From Myxococcota bacterium (GTDB lineage Bacteria > Myxococcota_A > UBA9160 > UBA6930), in NCBI GenBank assembly GCA_965223415.1, contig OZ245002.1, forward strand, positions 3,264,001 to 3,328,000: DNA of 64,000 nt, written 5' to 3'. How positions within the stretch are numbered: the stretch's first letter is position 1; every line of letters starts with the position of its first letter. Under the pieces are notes generated by a model, which worked only from the letters and a program-made list of their open reading frames with translations, made no database searches and was not told the DNA's origin. A program made the position numbers and the translations under genes. This document shows, one piece after another, positions 18,066 to 27,212 of this stretch.

Positions 18066-19000
18066 GTGGGCCGCGCGTGCTGAGTCACCTGCCCGACGGG
18101 CTGCTGGGCCCGCTTCACGAGCGCTTCTCGGACGTCGCCGTGGAGGTCGTACCGGAGGAGGGCCCGGTTCCGGAGGGCCCGGCCGCCGAGATCCTGCTCA
18201 CCCAGGCCTGGGGCAGCCCCAACCTCGGCGACGTGATGGGCCGTGGGGTGCGCTGGGTGCATGCCTACGGCACCGGCGTGAACGATTTTCCCTTCCACGA
18301 GCTGGGCGACGCCGTTCTCACCTGCTCCCGCGGCGCCAGCGCGGTGCCGATCGCCGAGTGGGTGATGGCCGTGATCCTCGCAGCCGAGAAGCAGCTTCCG
18401 GACGCCTGGATCCACGCGCCGCCGGAGCGCTGGAACACCACGCGCTTCCTCGGGGGGCTGGCCGGCCGCACGCTCGGCCTGATCGGTCTCGGCGGCATCG
18501 GTCTCGCGGTGGCGCGCCGCGCCCTGGTCTTCGGCATGCGCGTGATCGGCCTGCGCCGCCGCGCGGCGAAGAGCCCCCTGGCCGGCGTCGAGCTGGCGCC
18601 GGACCTCGCGACCCTGATGGCGAGCTCGGACCACGTGGTGGTCGCGGCGCCCGCGACGAAGGAGAGCCGTCACCTGATCGGGCGCGAGTCGCTGGCCGCC
18701 GCGAAACCGGGACTCCACCTCGTGAACGTCGCGCGGGGCCAGCTCGTCGATCAGGACGCGCTGCGCGCCGCCCTCGACGACGAGCGCGTTGCTCTCGCTT
18801 CCCTCGACACGGTCGAGCCCGAGCCCCTGCCCGACGGACACTGGATGTATTCCCATCCCAGGGTCCGGCTGAGCCCGCACATCTCCTGGAGCGGGCCGGG
18901 CGCCCTCGAGATGCTGCTCGATCCGTTCCTCGAGAACCTCGCGCGCTACCGCAGCGGCGAGCCGCTGACCGACCTCGTGGACCTCGAGCTGGGCTATTAG
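18062..19000 (+). CDS. D-isomer-specific 2-hydroxyacid dehydrogenase
   Basis: GLIGLGGIG Rossmann motif, VNVARG, EPEPLP, SPHIS. Confidence 0.9.
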   Translation: MSGPRVLSHLPDGLLGPLHERFSDVAVEVVPEEGPVPEGPAAEILLTQAWGSPNLGDVMGRGVRWVHAYGTGVNDFPFHELGDAVLTCSRGASAVPIAEWVMAVILAAEKQLPDAWIHAPPERWNTTRFLGGLAGRTLGLIGLGGIGLAVARRALVFGMRVIGLRRRAAKSPLAGVELAPDLATLMASSDHVVVAAPATKESRHLIGRESLAAAKPGLHLVNVARGQLVDQDALRAALDDERVALASLDTVEPEPLPDGHWMYSHPRVRLSPHISWSGPGALEMLLDPFLENLARYRSGEPLTDLVDLELGY

Positions 19001-20665
19001 CTACTTCCCGTCCAAGAACTCGTAAGTCACTGAGAAGAAAAGGAATTGGCGCAAACGCGCCTCCCGATCGAGTTGCGATTGGTGTATGTTAGGTGGTGCC
19101 AACCTACCGAACATACACAGCAATTCGCCAACCGGGGGGTGAAGCGATGCGCCAATTCCGAGAAACTCAGCTCTCACTCACGCCCACATGGGGTCCGCAT
19201 CAACATACCCGAGAGCTGCAGATGATCGCCAGGATCCTCGGGGCGGATCCGCGCTTGGGTGCTGTTGTGCACGGAGATCTGATCGGGGAACGTCGCGCCG
19301 ATACCGGCCGTCGGGGCCTCAGCGGCGATCAGGTCCTTCGAATCGCCCTACTCAAGCAGATCCACGGGCTGAGCTACCGGGAGTTGGAGTTTCACCTCCA
19401 GGACTCGGCCGCCTTCCGCAGCTTCGTAGGACTCGGGCTTGGTGACTGGCCCCGCTTCCAGACCCTTCAGGACAACGTCAAACGGATCCGGCCCGAGACG
19501 TGGGAAGCCATCCACCGTGCGTTGATCGGCCTGGCTCGCCGGGAAGGAATCGAACGAGGCGAGACGATTCGGGCGGATACGACGGTCGTCGAGGCGAACA
19601 TCCACGAGCCCGCCGACTCGGCCCTGCTCTGGGACAGCGTTCGGGTGATGACGCGGATTTTGCGAAGGATGGCGAAGCAACGCCCTTCGCTGCGCAAGAT
19701 GTTCCCGGATCGTCGTCGTTGCGTGAAGCGACGCGCCTACGCGATCAAGTTCCACCGGCGGTCGATCAACCTGGTCGCGAGCTATCGGTGCATGATCCGG
19801 GCCACGGAAGAGGTCTGCCAAGCGGCCCGTAGCGTCGCGGAGAGGGTCGCCCGAGTCGAAGACACGACGCCGCTTCGCGAAGAGCTCCTCGCGGTGCTTC
19901 CCCTCGTCGAGCGCGTCATCGATCAGAGCCGTCGCCGTGTCCTCGAAGGCGAGCGCGTCCCTGCAGCCGAGAAGATCGTGTCGATCTTCGAGCCGCACTC
20001 GGACATCCTCGTGAAGGACAATCGAGGCACCTACTACGGTCACAAGGTCTGTCTGACTGGCGGCAGGTCGTCACTCGTCCTCGACTGTGTCATCGAGGAA
20101 GGAAACCCTACGGACTCGACGCTGGTCGAACGTACGCTCGAGCGCCATGCAGATCTCTTCGGCAAGGCACCCCGCCAAGTGGCGATGGACGGAGGCTTCG
20201 CGTCCATGGACAACGTTGCCAAGGCCAAGGCGCTCGGCGTGGAAGACATGGCCTTCAACAAGAAGAGCGGACTCGAGGTCCACGAGATGGTGCGCAGCGC
20301 CTGGGTCTTCCGGCGCCTTCGTGACTTCCGCTCGGGGATCGAGGGCGTGATCTCGACGCTCAAGCGAGCGTTCCAGATGGACCGATGCACCTGGCGGGGC
20401 CTGGCGTCCTTCAAGGCCTATGTCTGGGCCAGTGTGACGAGCTTCAACCTCGTCGCCTTGGCCCGCCACCTGCTGACTCGCGAGTTCGCCTGAACCCCTG
20501 AGAGTGGTTCGGTCGGTGGACACGTGCGCCCGCGCATCGGAACACGGTCGCTCACTCACCCCGACGGCTCCGGGACTGCTGTGACATCGCTACTCTCAAC
20601 GCCCGCGAAGACCGCCAACGATCCACTAAGAGGCCGACGAACGGCTCTTCTCGGACGGGAAGTAG
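19001..20665. mobile_element. ISNCY-type insertion sequence
   Basis: IRs CTACTTCCCGTCCAAGAA (19001-19018) and TTCTCGGACGGGAAGTAG (20648-20665), 1 mismatch; TAGCTA at both junctions makes the ends ambiguous by 3 nt. Confidence 0.85.
19147..20493 (+). CDS. ISNCY/IS5-clan DDE transposase
   Basis: LSYRELEFHLQDS (DUF772-like), RADTTVVE, KIVSIFEPH, MDGGF, FRSGIEG motifs. Confidence 0.9.
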   Translation: MRQFRETQLSLTPTWGPHQHTRELQMIARILGADPRLGAVVHGDLIGERRADTGRRGLSGDQVLRIALLKQIHGLSYRELEFHLQDSAAFRSFVGLGLGDWPRFQTLQDNVKRIRPETWEAIHRALIGLARREGIERGETIRADTTVVEANIHEPADSALLWDSVRVMTRILRRMAKQRPSLRKMFPDRRRCVKRRAYAIKFHRRSINLVASYRCMIRATEEVCQAARSVAERVARVEDTTPLREELLAVLPLVERVIDQSRRRVLEGERVPAAEKIVSIFEPHSDILVKDNRGTYYGHKVCLTGGRSSLVLDCVIEEGNPTDSTLVERTLERHADLFGKAPRQVAMDGGFASMDNVAKAKALGVEDMAFNKKSGLEVHEMVRSAWVFRRLRDFRSGIEGVISTLKRAFQMDRCTWRGLASFKAYVWASVTSFNLVALARHLLTREFA

Positions 20666-21232
20666 CTACGGGGCGCACGCCCGGGCGAAGAGCTCGCAGT
20701 AGAGCGCCGGCTCCTCCGGCGGCGCACGGTCGCCGCGGGCGAGAAAGCCGAGCAGACCGGTCAGGAACACGCTGGCGAGCTCGTCGGCGGGCCGGTCGCT
20801 GCGGATCCGCCCTTGCTCCTGCAGCGCGGCGATCGGTGCCGCAACGCCTTGCACGTGGGGATGCTCGGCGCTGCTCGCCGCCTGCCGGACCGTCGCGCTC
20901 CACACCTCGTCGCGCAGCTCCGGGGCCTCGAGCTCGGCCTCGGCATGAACGGAGGCGATGGCACGGAACAACGCGGCAGCCGAGTCGGGGGGCGGATCCA
21001 ACGCGGTGGCCAACCGCTCCCACACCCGGCCGGCCAGGCGCCGCGCGCACTCGAGCAGCACCGCGTCCTTGTTCTCGAAGTGGGTGTAGAAGCTGCCGTA
21101 GGCCACGCCGGCCGCGCGGGCGATGGCGGCCACCTGGGCGGCCTCCACCCCGCGCTCCCGGAACTCCGCGAGGGCGGCCTGGTAGAGCCGCTCCCTCGTG
21201 GCTCGGCTCCGCTCGGCGCGGGTCGGGGCCAT
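20666..21232 (-). CDS. TetR/AcrR-family regulator
   Basis: IARAAGVAYGSFYTHFENKDAVL HTH. Confidence 0.9.
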   Translation of the reverse strand: MAPTRAERSRATRERLYQAALAEFRERGVEAAQVAAIARAAGVAYGSFYTHFENKDAVLLECARRLAGRVWERLATALDPPPDSAAALFRAIASVHAEAELEAPELRDEVWSATVRQAASSAEHPHVQGVAAPIAALQEQGRIRSDRPADELASVFLTGLLGFLARGDRAPPEEPALYCELFARACAP

Positions 21233-21360
21233 GCCGGGACCCTATCCACCTCCCGGTGGGATGACAATCGTCACTGACAGGAATCGGTCGCTGGGATTCT
21301 CGTTCTCGCGGGTCCCCTATGGGAAGATCGCGCTGCTTCTAGGGCACGGGGTGCCGGTCG

Positions 21361-21714
21361 ATGCCCGAATGGCCGTTCGTCGTGTGGTTCCTTTCCATCC
21401 TCGTGGGCGGGGCTCTGTGGCTCATCCTGATGTTCTTCGTCCTCTAGAGATGGCGACGCCATCATCAGCAGATCGACCCGGACCTGGGTCGATCCTCCAT
21501 TGTCGCCGGCAACTCGATGGGAGGTGCGCGTCTCCTCGGCTTCTTCTTCTCGCGTGGACCTGAAGCGACGAACGACCGAACTCTCGTTGCCGCCGCGTGG
21601 CGCATCCGCATCCGCGGGCCGGTGATCTTGCCGTGGGTGCTGGTACCCCTGGGTTTCATGCTGTGCCCTAGGTCTCGAGGCGGCCCGGGTGGAGCAGAGG
21701 GCCGCCCCGGGTGA
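21361..21714 (+). pseudogene. Small membrane protein gene interrupted by an in-frame TAG
   Basis: ATG 21361 gives MPEWPFVVWFLSILVGGALWLILMFFVL, TAG at 21445-21447, and the same frame continues RWRRHHQQIDPDLGRSSIVAGNSMGGARLLGFFFSR... to TGA 21714. Confidence 0.45.
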
Positions 21715-21766
21715 AGCCGGATCGGGCCGGGCGGTGCGCTGACCGATCGGCGATGATGGGGAGCCG

Positions 21767-22330
21767 ATGGACGATCGCACGGATCGCCGTGCCGCGGAGG
21801 AGGCGCGCTGGGCCGCAGCCATGCGCCGTGCCCAGGAGGGCGACGCGGTCGCCTACCGGGGCCTGCTCTCGGAGCTCGACGGTGTCCTCCGGGCGTTCCT
21901 GACGCGCCTGATCGGCGAGCCCAGCCTGGTCGAGGACGGCGTACAGGAGACCCTGATCGCCGTGCACAAGGCCCGCCACACCTGGGACCCGGCGCGCGCC
22001 TTTCGTCCGTGGCTGATGGCGATCGCCCGTCACAAGGCGGTGGATCTGCTGCGGCGGGGCCGCAACCCGGCCGAGGCCGCGGCATCCCAAGCCGAGGAAG
22101 AGCCCGCAGCCGCGGGCGACGAGAATCGGCCCGAGGCCGCGCTCGAGGTGGCGCGTCTGCTGGCCGGGCTTCCGGAAGCCTTTCGGGAGGCCGTCGTGCT
22201 GACCAAGCTGCAGGGTCGAACCGTGGACGACGCCGCCCGCCAGGCCGGCGTCAGTGCCACCGCGATGCGCTCGCGAGTGCACCGGGCGATGCGCCTCCTG
22301 CGCCGGCGGATCGCCGAGGAGCCCCTGTGA
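21767..22330 (+). CDS. ECF sigma factor (SigF/NrsF-associated type)
   Basis: Region 2 EDGVQETLIAVH...F.PWLMAIARHK and region 4 HTH; coupled to NrsF-like gene. Confidence 0.9.
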   Translation: MDDRTDRRAAEEARWAAAMRRAQEGDAVAYRGLLSELDGVLRAFLTRLIGEPSLVEDGVQETLIAVHKARHTWDPARAFRPWLMAIARHKAVDLLRRGRNPAEAAASQAEEEPAAAGDENRPEAALEVARLLAGLPEAFREAVVLTKLQGRTVDDAARQAGVSATAMRSRVHRAMRLLRRRIAEEPL

Positions 22331-22971
22331 GCGCACCGGGGGGGCGACGCCTGGTCGACGAGCTGGCGGCCCAGCTCGAGCCGGTGCGGCGGCCCGCGCC
22401 TCCGGCTCTCGTGCTGGGGGTCTGGCTCGCGGCGGGCTGGGCCGTCGTCCTGCTCCTCACCTGGCTGACCGGCCCGTTCCGGCCCGGCGCGGGGGAGCAG
22501 CTCCTCGGGGTGCCACGCTTCGCCTTCGAGTGCCTGCTGGGCCTCGGCGTCGGTGTGGCCGCCGCCAGCGGGAGCTTCGCCCTCGGGACGCCGGGCCGCC
22601 CCGCGGCGGCCTCCCTGCGCGCCGGAGCCGCCCTGGCCGCCGCGTGGATCGGGCTCCTCGGCGTGGGTCTACTCTGGCCGGCCCTCTCCCCTTCCTCCGT
22701 GGGGGCTCGGGCGTTCTGCGACCTGCAGACTGCGCTGTTTGCGATGCCTCCGCTGGGCTTGGGCCTCTGGGCACTGCGCCGCCGGGCCACCCTCGACCGC
22801 CGCCGGGCCGGCCTGTGGCTGGGCCTCGCCGCCGGATCCCTGCCGGCGCTGGTCATGCAGTGGGCTTGCATGTACGACCCGGGCCACGCCCTCGTCTTCC
22901 ACCTCGGTCCGGTAGCGCTCGTGGCGGTGGCCGGGCTCCTCCTGGCTCCCCGCCTGCTGCCCCGAATCTGA
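22327..22971 (+). CDS. nrsF: NrsF/DUF1109-family membrane anti-sigma factor
   Basis: LVDELAAQLEPVRR N-terminus, about 6 TM segments, Cys in FCDLQ and WACMYD, H...FH motif; GTGA overlap with sigma gene. Confidence 0.8.
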   Translation: MSAPGGRRLVDELAAQLEPVRRPAPPALVLGVWLAAGWAVVLLLTWLTGPFRPGAGEQLLGVPRFAFECLLGLGVGVAAASGSFALGTPGRPAAASLRAGAALAAAWIGLLGVGLLWPALSPSSVGARAFCDLQTALFAMPPLGLGLWALRRRATLDRRRAGLWLGLAAGSLPALVMQWACMYDPGHALVFHLGPVALVAVAGLLLAPRLLPRI

Positions 22972-23040
22972 AGAAAATCGTCCCTTCGCTGCGACGATCT
23001 TCGCGTCTCTCGCGAACAGGGCTGCGAGGAGGACGATTCG

Positions 23041-23586
23041 ATGGACGCAGCGACCCCCGACCTGGAGCTCGTCGAGGCCGCCCGCCAGGGCGACGCCGAG
23101 GCCTTCCGGGCGCTCCACGACCGCTATCGACCTCGTGTGCAGCGCTACGTGCAGTCCCACATGCGCGATGCCGCCGAAGCCGACGACGTGACCCAGGAGG
23201 TCTTCCTGCGCATGCACCGCGGTCTCGATCGCTTCGAGGGCCGGTCGTCCTTCTCCACCTGGATCCTGGGCATCGCCCGGCACGAGAGCCTCTTCCGGCT
23301 GCGCACCCTGCGGCGGCGGCGGGCGCGGGAGGTGGCCACCGAGCACGATGCCCCCGCCGACGTGGTGCCCCTGGACCGGGCCCTCCACGCCCGCCGCACC
23401 CTGCGGGCGACGACCCGCGTGCTCGAGACCCTGGAGCCCGACCGCCTCGACCTGGTCGTCGCGCCGGTGGTCACCGACGTCTCCGTGGCCGAGCTGGCAC
23501 GCCGCCGCGGCATTCGCACCGGGGCGGTGAAGTCCCGGCAGCATCGCGTCCGGCACGCCGTTCGCACGGCGGTGGGTGACGCCTGA
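23041..23586 (+). CDS. Second ECF sigma factor
   Basis: DLELVEAARQGDAEAF...DDVTQEVFLR...FEGRSSFSTWI; C-terminal GAVKSRQHR; AGGAGG RBS. Confidence 0.85.
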   Translation: MDAATPDLELVEAARQGDAEAFRALHDRYRPRVQRYVQSHMRDAAEADDVTQEVFLRMHRGLDRFEGRSSFSTWILGIARHESLFRLRTLRRRRAREVATEHDAPADVVPLDRALHARRTLRATTRVLETLEPDRLDLVVAPVVTDVSVAELARRRGIRTGAVKSRQHRVRHAVRTAVGDA

Positions 23587-23589
23587 CGC

Positions 23590-23654
23590 CTAGCAGGCTG
23601 CGGAAGAACGCCGATGGTACGCAGAGAACGGTGCCTTGGAGGCGCTTTGGCTAG
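23590..23654. repeat. 65-bp direct repeat copy 1 (orphan IS5 end bounded by CTAG sites)
   Basis: Identical to 24865-24929. Confidence 0.9.
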
Positions 23655-24868
23655 TGTCCTGTTTCGGAAAAAAATACGCAAAATAGTGCGAACTCCCAAC
23701 GTGCAGGGGGCATCTTACCGGCATCACGTTGGGGGGACGTATGGCGAATCGTGGCCGGCCCAAGACGCCGATTGTGCTGACGGATGCGGAGCGAGAAGAG
23801 CTCCAGACGCACGCCAGAAGGCGGAAGAGCGCGCATCAGTTGGCCTACCGCTCGCGCATTGTATTGCTCGCAGAGCAGGGGCTGACGAATGGGGAAATCG
23901 CGGAACGCGTAGGCAAGCGACGAGAGACCGTCGGGATCTGGCGCAAGCGCTTCGTCGAAAAGCGGATCGCTGGGCTCTACGACGAGCCCAAGCCGGGAGC
24001 GCCCCGGACGGTGACCGACGAGCAGGTCGATGAGGTCGTGCGCTTGACGCTAGAGGAAACGCCCACGGGAGCGACGCACTGGTCCGTTCGCCTGATGGCG
24101 AAGCGGGTAGGCCTCCCGACGACGACGGTTCATCGCATCTGGCGAGCATTCAGCCTCCAGCCGCACCGAGTCGAGCGCTTCCGGCTCTCCAACGATCCCC
24201 ATTTTGTGGACAAGGTGGTGGATATCGTCGGCCTGTACATGTCTCCGCCGGCGAACGCGGTCGTCCTCTGCGTCGACGAGAAATCGCAGATCCAAGCGCT
24301 GGAACGGAACCAGCCTGTCTTGCCGATGCAACCGGGCCGGGCGGAGCAGCGCACACACGGATACCTACGCCATGGCACGACGACACTCTTTGCCGCACTC
24401 AACATCGCAACGGGCGAAGTGATCGGATCCCTCCATCGCCGGCACCGCACGGAGGAGTTCCTGAAGTTCCTCAGGACGATCGACGACAACGTACCCGCCG
24501 AACTCGACATCCATCTCGTGCTCGACAACTACACCACGCACAAGACGAAGCGAACTCGGAGCTGGCTCGCGCGCCACCCTCGTTTCCACGTGCACTTCAC
24601 CCCGACGTACAGCTCATGGCTGAATCAGGTCGAGCGGTTCTTTGCACTCATCACCGAGCGTTGCATCCGTCGCGGCGTGCATCGCAGCACGAGGGCGCTC
24701 GAGAACGACATCCGGAGCTTCCTGAAGACGACGAACGACGATCCGAGACCCTTCGTCTGGACCAAGACCGCGGATCAGATCCTCGCGAGTGTGCGGCGCT
24801 ACTGTGGTCGCGTCCTCGACGTCCACTCCGATTCTAATCGAGTGGTTTCTTCTGGAACAGGACACTAG
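23651..24868. mobile_element. IS630-family insertion sequence (coordinates include the CTAG target sites)
   Basis: IRs CTAGTGTCCTGTTTCGGAA and TTCTGGAACAGGACACTAG (2 mismatches); TA target within CTAG. Confidence 0.9.
23741..24868 (+). CDS. IS630-family transposase
   Basis: Paired [35 protein letters not shown] (DDE). Confidence 0.95.
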   Translation: MANRGRPKTPIVLTDAEREELQTHARRRKSAHQLAYRSRIVLLAEQGLTNGEIAERVGKRRETVGIWRKRFVEKRIAGLYDEPKPGAPRTVTDEQVDEVVRLTLEETPTGATHWSVRLMAKRVGLPTTTVHRIWRAFSLQPHRVERFRLSNDPHFVDKVVDIVGLYMSPPANAVVLCVDEKSQIQALERNQPVLPMQPGRAEQRTHGYLRHGTTTLFAALNIATGEVIGSLHRRHRTEEFLKFLRTIDDNVPAELDIHLVLDNYTTHKTKRTRSWLARHPRFHVHFTPTYSSWLNQVERFFALITERCIRRGVHRSTRALENDIRSFLKTTNDDPRPFVWTKTADQILASVRRYCGRVLDVHSDSNRVVSSGTGH

Positions 24869-26159
24869 CAGGCTGCGGAAGAACGCCGATGGTACGCAGA
24901 GAACGGTGCCTTGGAGGCGCTTTGGCTAGGAAAGGAGCGCGGAATCGAGGCCTTGCCGCCGGTTGACGCCCGGCTCGCTGCCAACGGGGCCCTCCACTCG
25001 ACCCGACAAGCTACGTGGGGCATAGCAGGTTCCTCATCCTCACAAGGTTGTAGGCCGCCTGGGTGAACGTGAACATCCAGCCCACCCGCTCCTTGCCGCG
25101 ATGCTTCACCTTGCGAATCGGGCCTACCGTCTTCCCCCAGCCGAAGACCTGCTCGATCGCCTTGCGTTTGCGCTGGCTGATCTCGTAGCCCACGTGCGTC
25201 GTCGTTCGATCATCGATCGCGCTGCGGCGGCCCTTGTCGTTCTGCGCAACGTGCGGGGTCACGCCCAGCTCTCGAAGCTCTTCGACATGCGACACCGTGT
25301 CGTAGCCCTTGTCTCCGCCCAACGTCGATCGCCGTCCGCGTGGCACCCGCTTCACCATCGCCACCGAGGCCTCGCGCTCCGCCGTGCCCGTGGCCAGCGT
25401 CGTCTTGGCCGCCACCACCAGGCCATGCCGGTTCTCCGTCACCACGTGGCCCATGAAGCACAGCTTCGCTTCCTTCCCCTTCCCCTTGCGGTAGAGCCGG
25501 GACTCCGGGTCCGTCGTCGAGGCGTGCGTGTCGTTCTTCCTACGCTCACCGTGGAAGTCCCGCTCCGTCGCCTTCCGTCCACCCCCGCGGCCGCCCCGGT
25601 CCTCGTCCTTCGGCCGAAAGCTCTTCTGCCCCGCCCATGCCTCGATCAGCGTGCCGTCCACCGTGAAGTGCTCGTCCGACAGAAGCCCCTCCTCGCGGGC
25701 CTCCGCCAACACGGCCTGAAAGAACCCCTCCGCGATCTCTCCCCGAAGCAACCGATCCCGATTCTTCGTGAACACCGTCACGTCCCAGACCCGGTCGTCC
25801 ATCTCGAGCCCCACGAACCAGCGGAACAGCAGGTTGTACTCGAGCTGCTCCATCAGCATCCGCTCGCTTCGCACCGAGTAGAGCACCTGCAGCAGCAGGG
25901 CCCGCAACAGGTGCTCGGGCGGAATCGACGGCCGACCCGTCCGCGAGTACAGCTTCCGCAACCTCCCGTCCAGCCGGACCAGGGCGCGATTCGTCATCTC
26001 CCGCGTCACGCGCAGTGGATGATCGGCGGGGACACGCGCCTCCGGCGACACGTAGCTGAACATCGTGGACTGCGTTCGATCGGTTCCGCGCATCTCCATC
26101 CCCCCGGTATGCCTGTACCAACCGATTCGACCCGTCGCACGGGGTTTTTCCGCAGCCTG
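24869..26159. mobile_element. IS5-family insertion sequence with CTAG target duplication
   Basis: IRs CAGGCTGCGGAAGAACGCC and GGGGTTTTTCCGCAGCCTG (2 mismatches); CTAG at 24865-24868 and 26160-26163. Confidence 0.9.
25011..26093 (-). CDS. IS5-family transposase
   Basis: MFSYVSPEARVPADHPLR, GRPSIPPE, YNLLFRWFVG, HFTVDGTLIEAWA, GDKGYD, IEQVFGWGK. Confidence 0.95.
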   Translation of the reverse strand: MRGTDRTQSTMFSYVSPEARVPADHPLRVTREMTNRALVRLDGRLRKLYSRTGRPSIPPEHLLRALLLQVLYSVRSERMLMEQLEYNLLFRWFVGLEMDDRVWDVTVFTKNRDRLLRGEIAEGFFQAVLAEAREEGLLSDEHFTVDGTLIEAWAGQKSFRPKDEDRGGRGGGRKATERDFHGERRKNDTHASTTDPESRLYRKGKGKEAKLCFMGHVVTENRHGLVVAAKTTLATGTAEREASVAMVKRVPRGRRSTLGGDKGYDTVSHVEELRELGVTPHVAQNDKGRRSAIDDRTTTHVGYEISQRKRKAIEQVFGWGKTVGPIRKVKHRGKERVGWMFTFTQAAYNLVRMRNLLCPT

Positions 26160-26239
26160 CTAGGAGTTCCTCCGTTCGCGCCGGCGCGAGCGCGCCAGCT
26201 CGTTCGATCACGACGTGTCGGCTTGGCTAGGTTGTCGCC

Positions 26240-26962
26240 GTGATCTACGGGGTCCGGTACTTCCTGATCGTGGTCTACACCGTGCTGTGGGGAACGCTCG
26301 GCAGCGCCATGGCGTTCTTCGACCGGGAAGGGCGCTTCACCTGCTGGGTGGCGCGAAGCTGGATCCGTTGGGTGGTCGTGACCTGCGGCGTGCGCATCCA
26401 GTGCGAGGGGCTCGAGAACTTCGATCACGAGCGACCCTTCGTGCTGATGACGAACCACCAGAGCGTCTTCGACATCGCTGCCATCGTGCTGACCCTTCCC
26501 ACGGAGTTCCACTTCGTCGCCAAGAAGGAGCTGGCCTACATCCCCTTCTTCGGATGGGCCCTCGCGTGGTCCGGCGTCGGCGTCATGGTGGACCGCAGCA
26601 ACCACGACCGCGCCGTCGCGAGCCTCAAGGCCGCCGCCGAGCGGGTCCGCGGCGGCGCCCGCGTGATCATCTTCCCGGAAGGCACGCGCAGCCCGACCGG
26701 CGAGCTCCAGGCCTTCAAGAGCGGCGGCTTCCACCTGGCGATCCAGGCCGGCGTGCCGATCGTTCCCGCCACCGTCTCGGGCACCTTGAAGGTCACGCCG
26801 CGGCGAAGCCTGCGGGTGGACAGCGGCACGATCAAGATCGTCTACGGCAAGCCCATCGAGACCGAGGGCCTCGACACCGATGCCCGCAGCGCGCTCAAGG
26901 ACCGGGTGCGTGAGGCGATCCAGGCGGGCTTCGACTGGGAGCTGCAGGCGCCGGCGGGCTAG
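26240..26962 (+). CDS. plsC: 1-acyl-sn-glycerol-3-phosphate acyltransferase
   Basis: NHQSVFD and IFPEGTRS motifs. Confidence 0.9.
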   Translation: MIYGVRYFLIVVYTVLWGTLGSAMAFFDREGRFTCWVARSWIRWVVVTCGVRIQCEGLENFDHERPFVLMTNHQSVFDIAAIVLTLPTEFHFVAKKELAYIPFFGWALAWSGVGVMVDRSNHDRAVASLKAAAERVRGGARVIIFPEGTRSPTGELQAFKSGGFHLAIQAGVPIVPATVSGTLKVTPRRSLRVDSGTIKIVYGKPIETEGLDTDARSALKDRVREAIQAGFDWELQAPAG

Positions 26963-27212
26963 AGCCCCTCTCGCGACTCCTCCCGTCGCCAGGCACGCGC
27001 CTGCAGCCTCCCGGCCGCGTTGCGCTCCCTGCGCCGTGGGCTCCGCGACGCCTCGGTCGCCCGCCTTGTCAGGAGGCCGCAGGCGCGCACCTGGCTCGGT
27101 CCGGATTCGTGGGGTGGGCTCAAGGACGCTGCCCTCGGAGGCGTGCTTGCCGACGCCCCCCGGCCGACTACGCTTGCTTCATTGCCCGTCCCACGGGGTG
27201 AGGGACTCGGGA

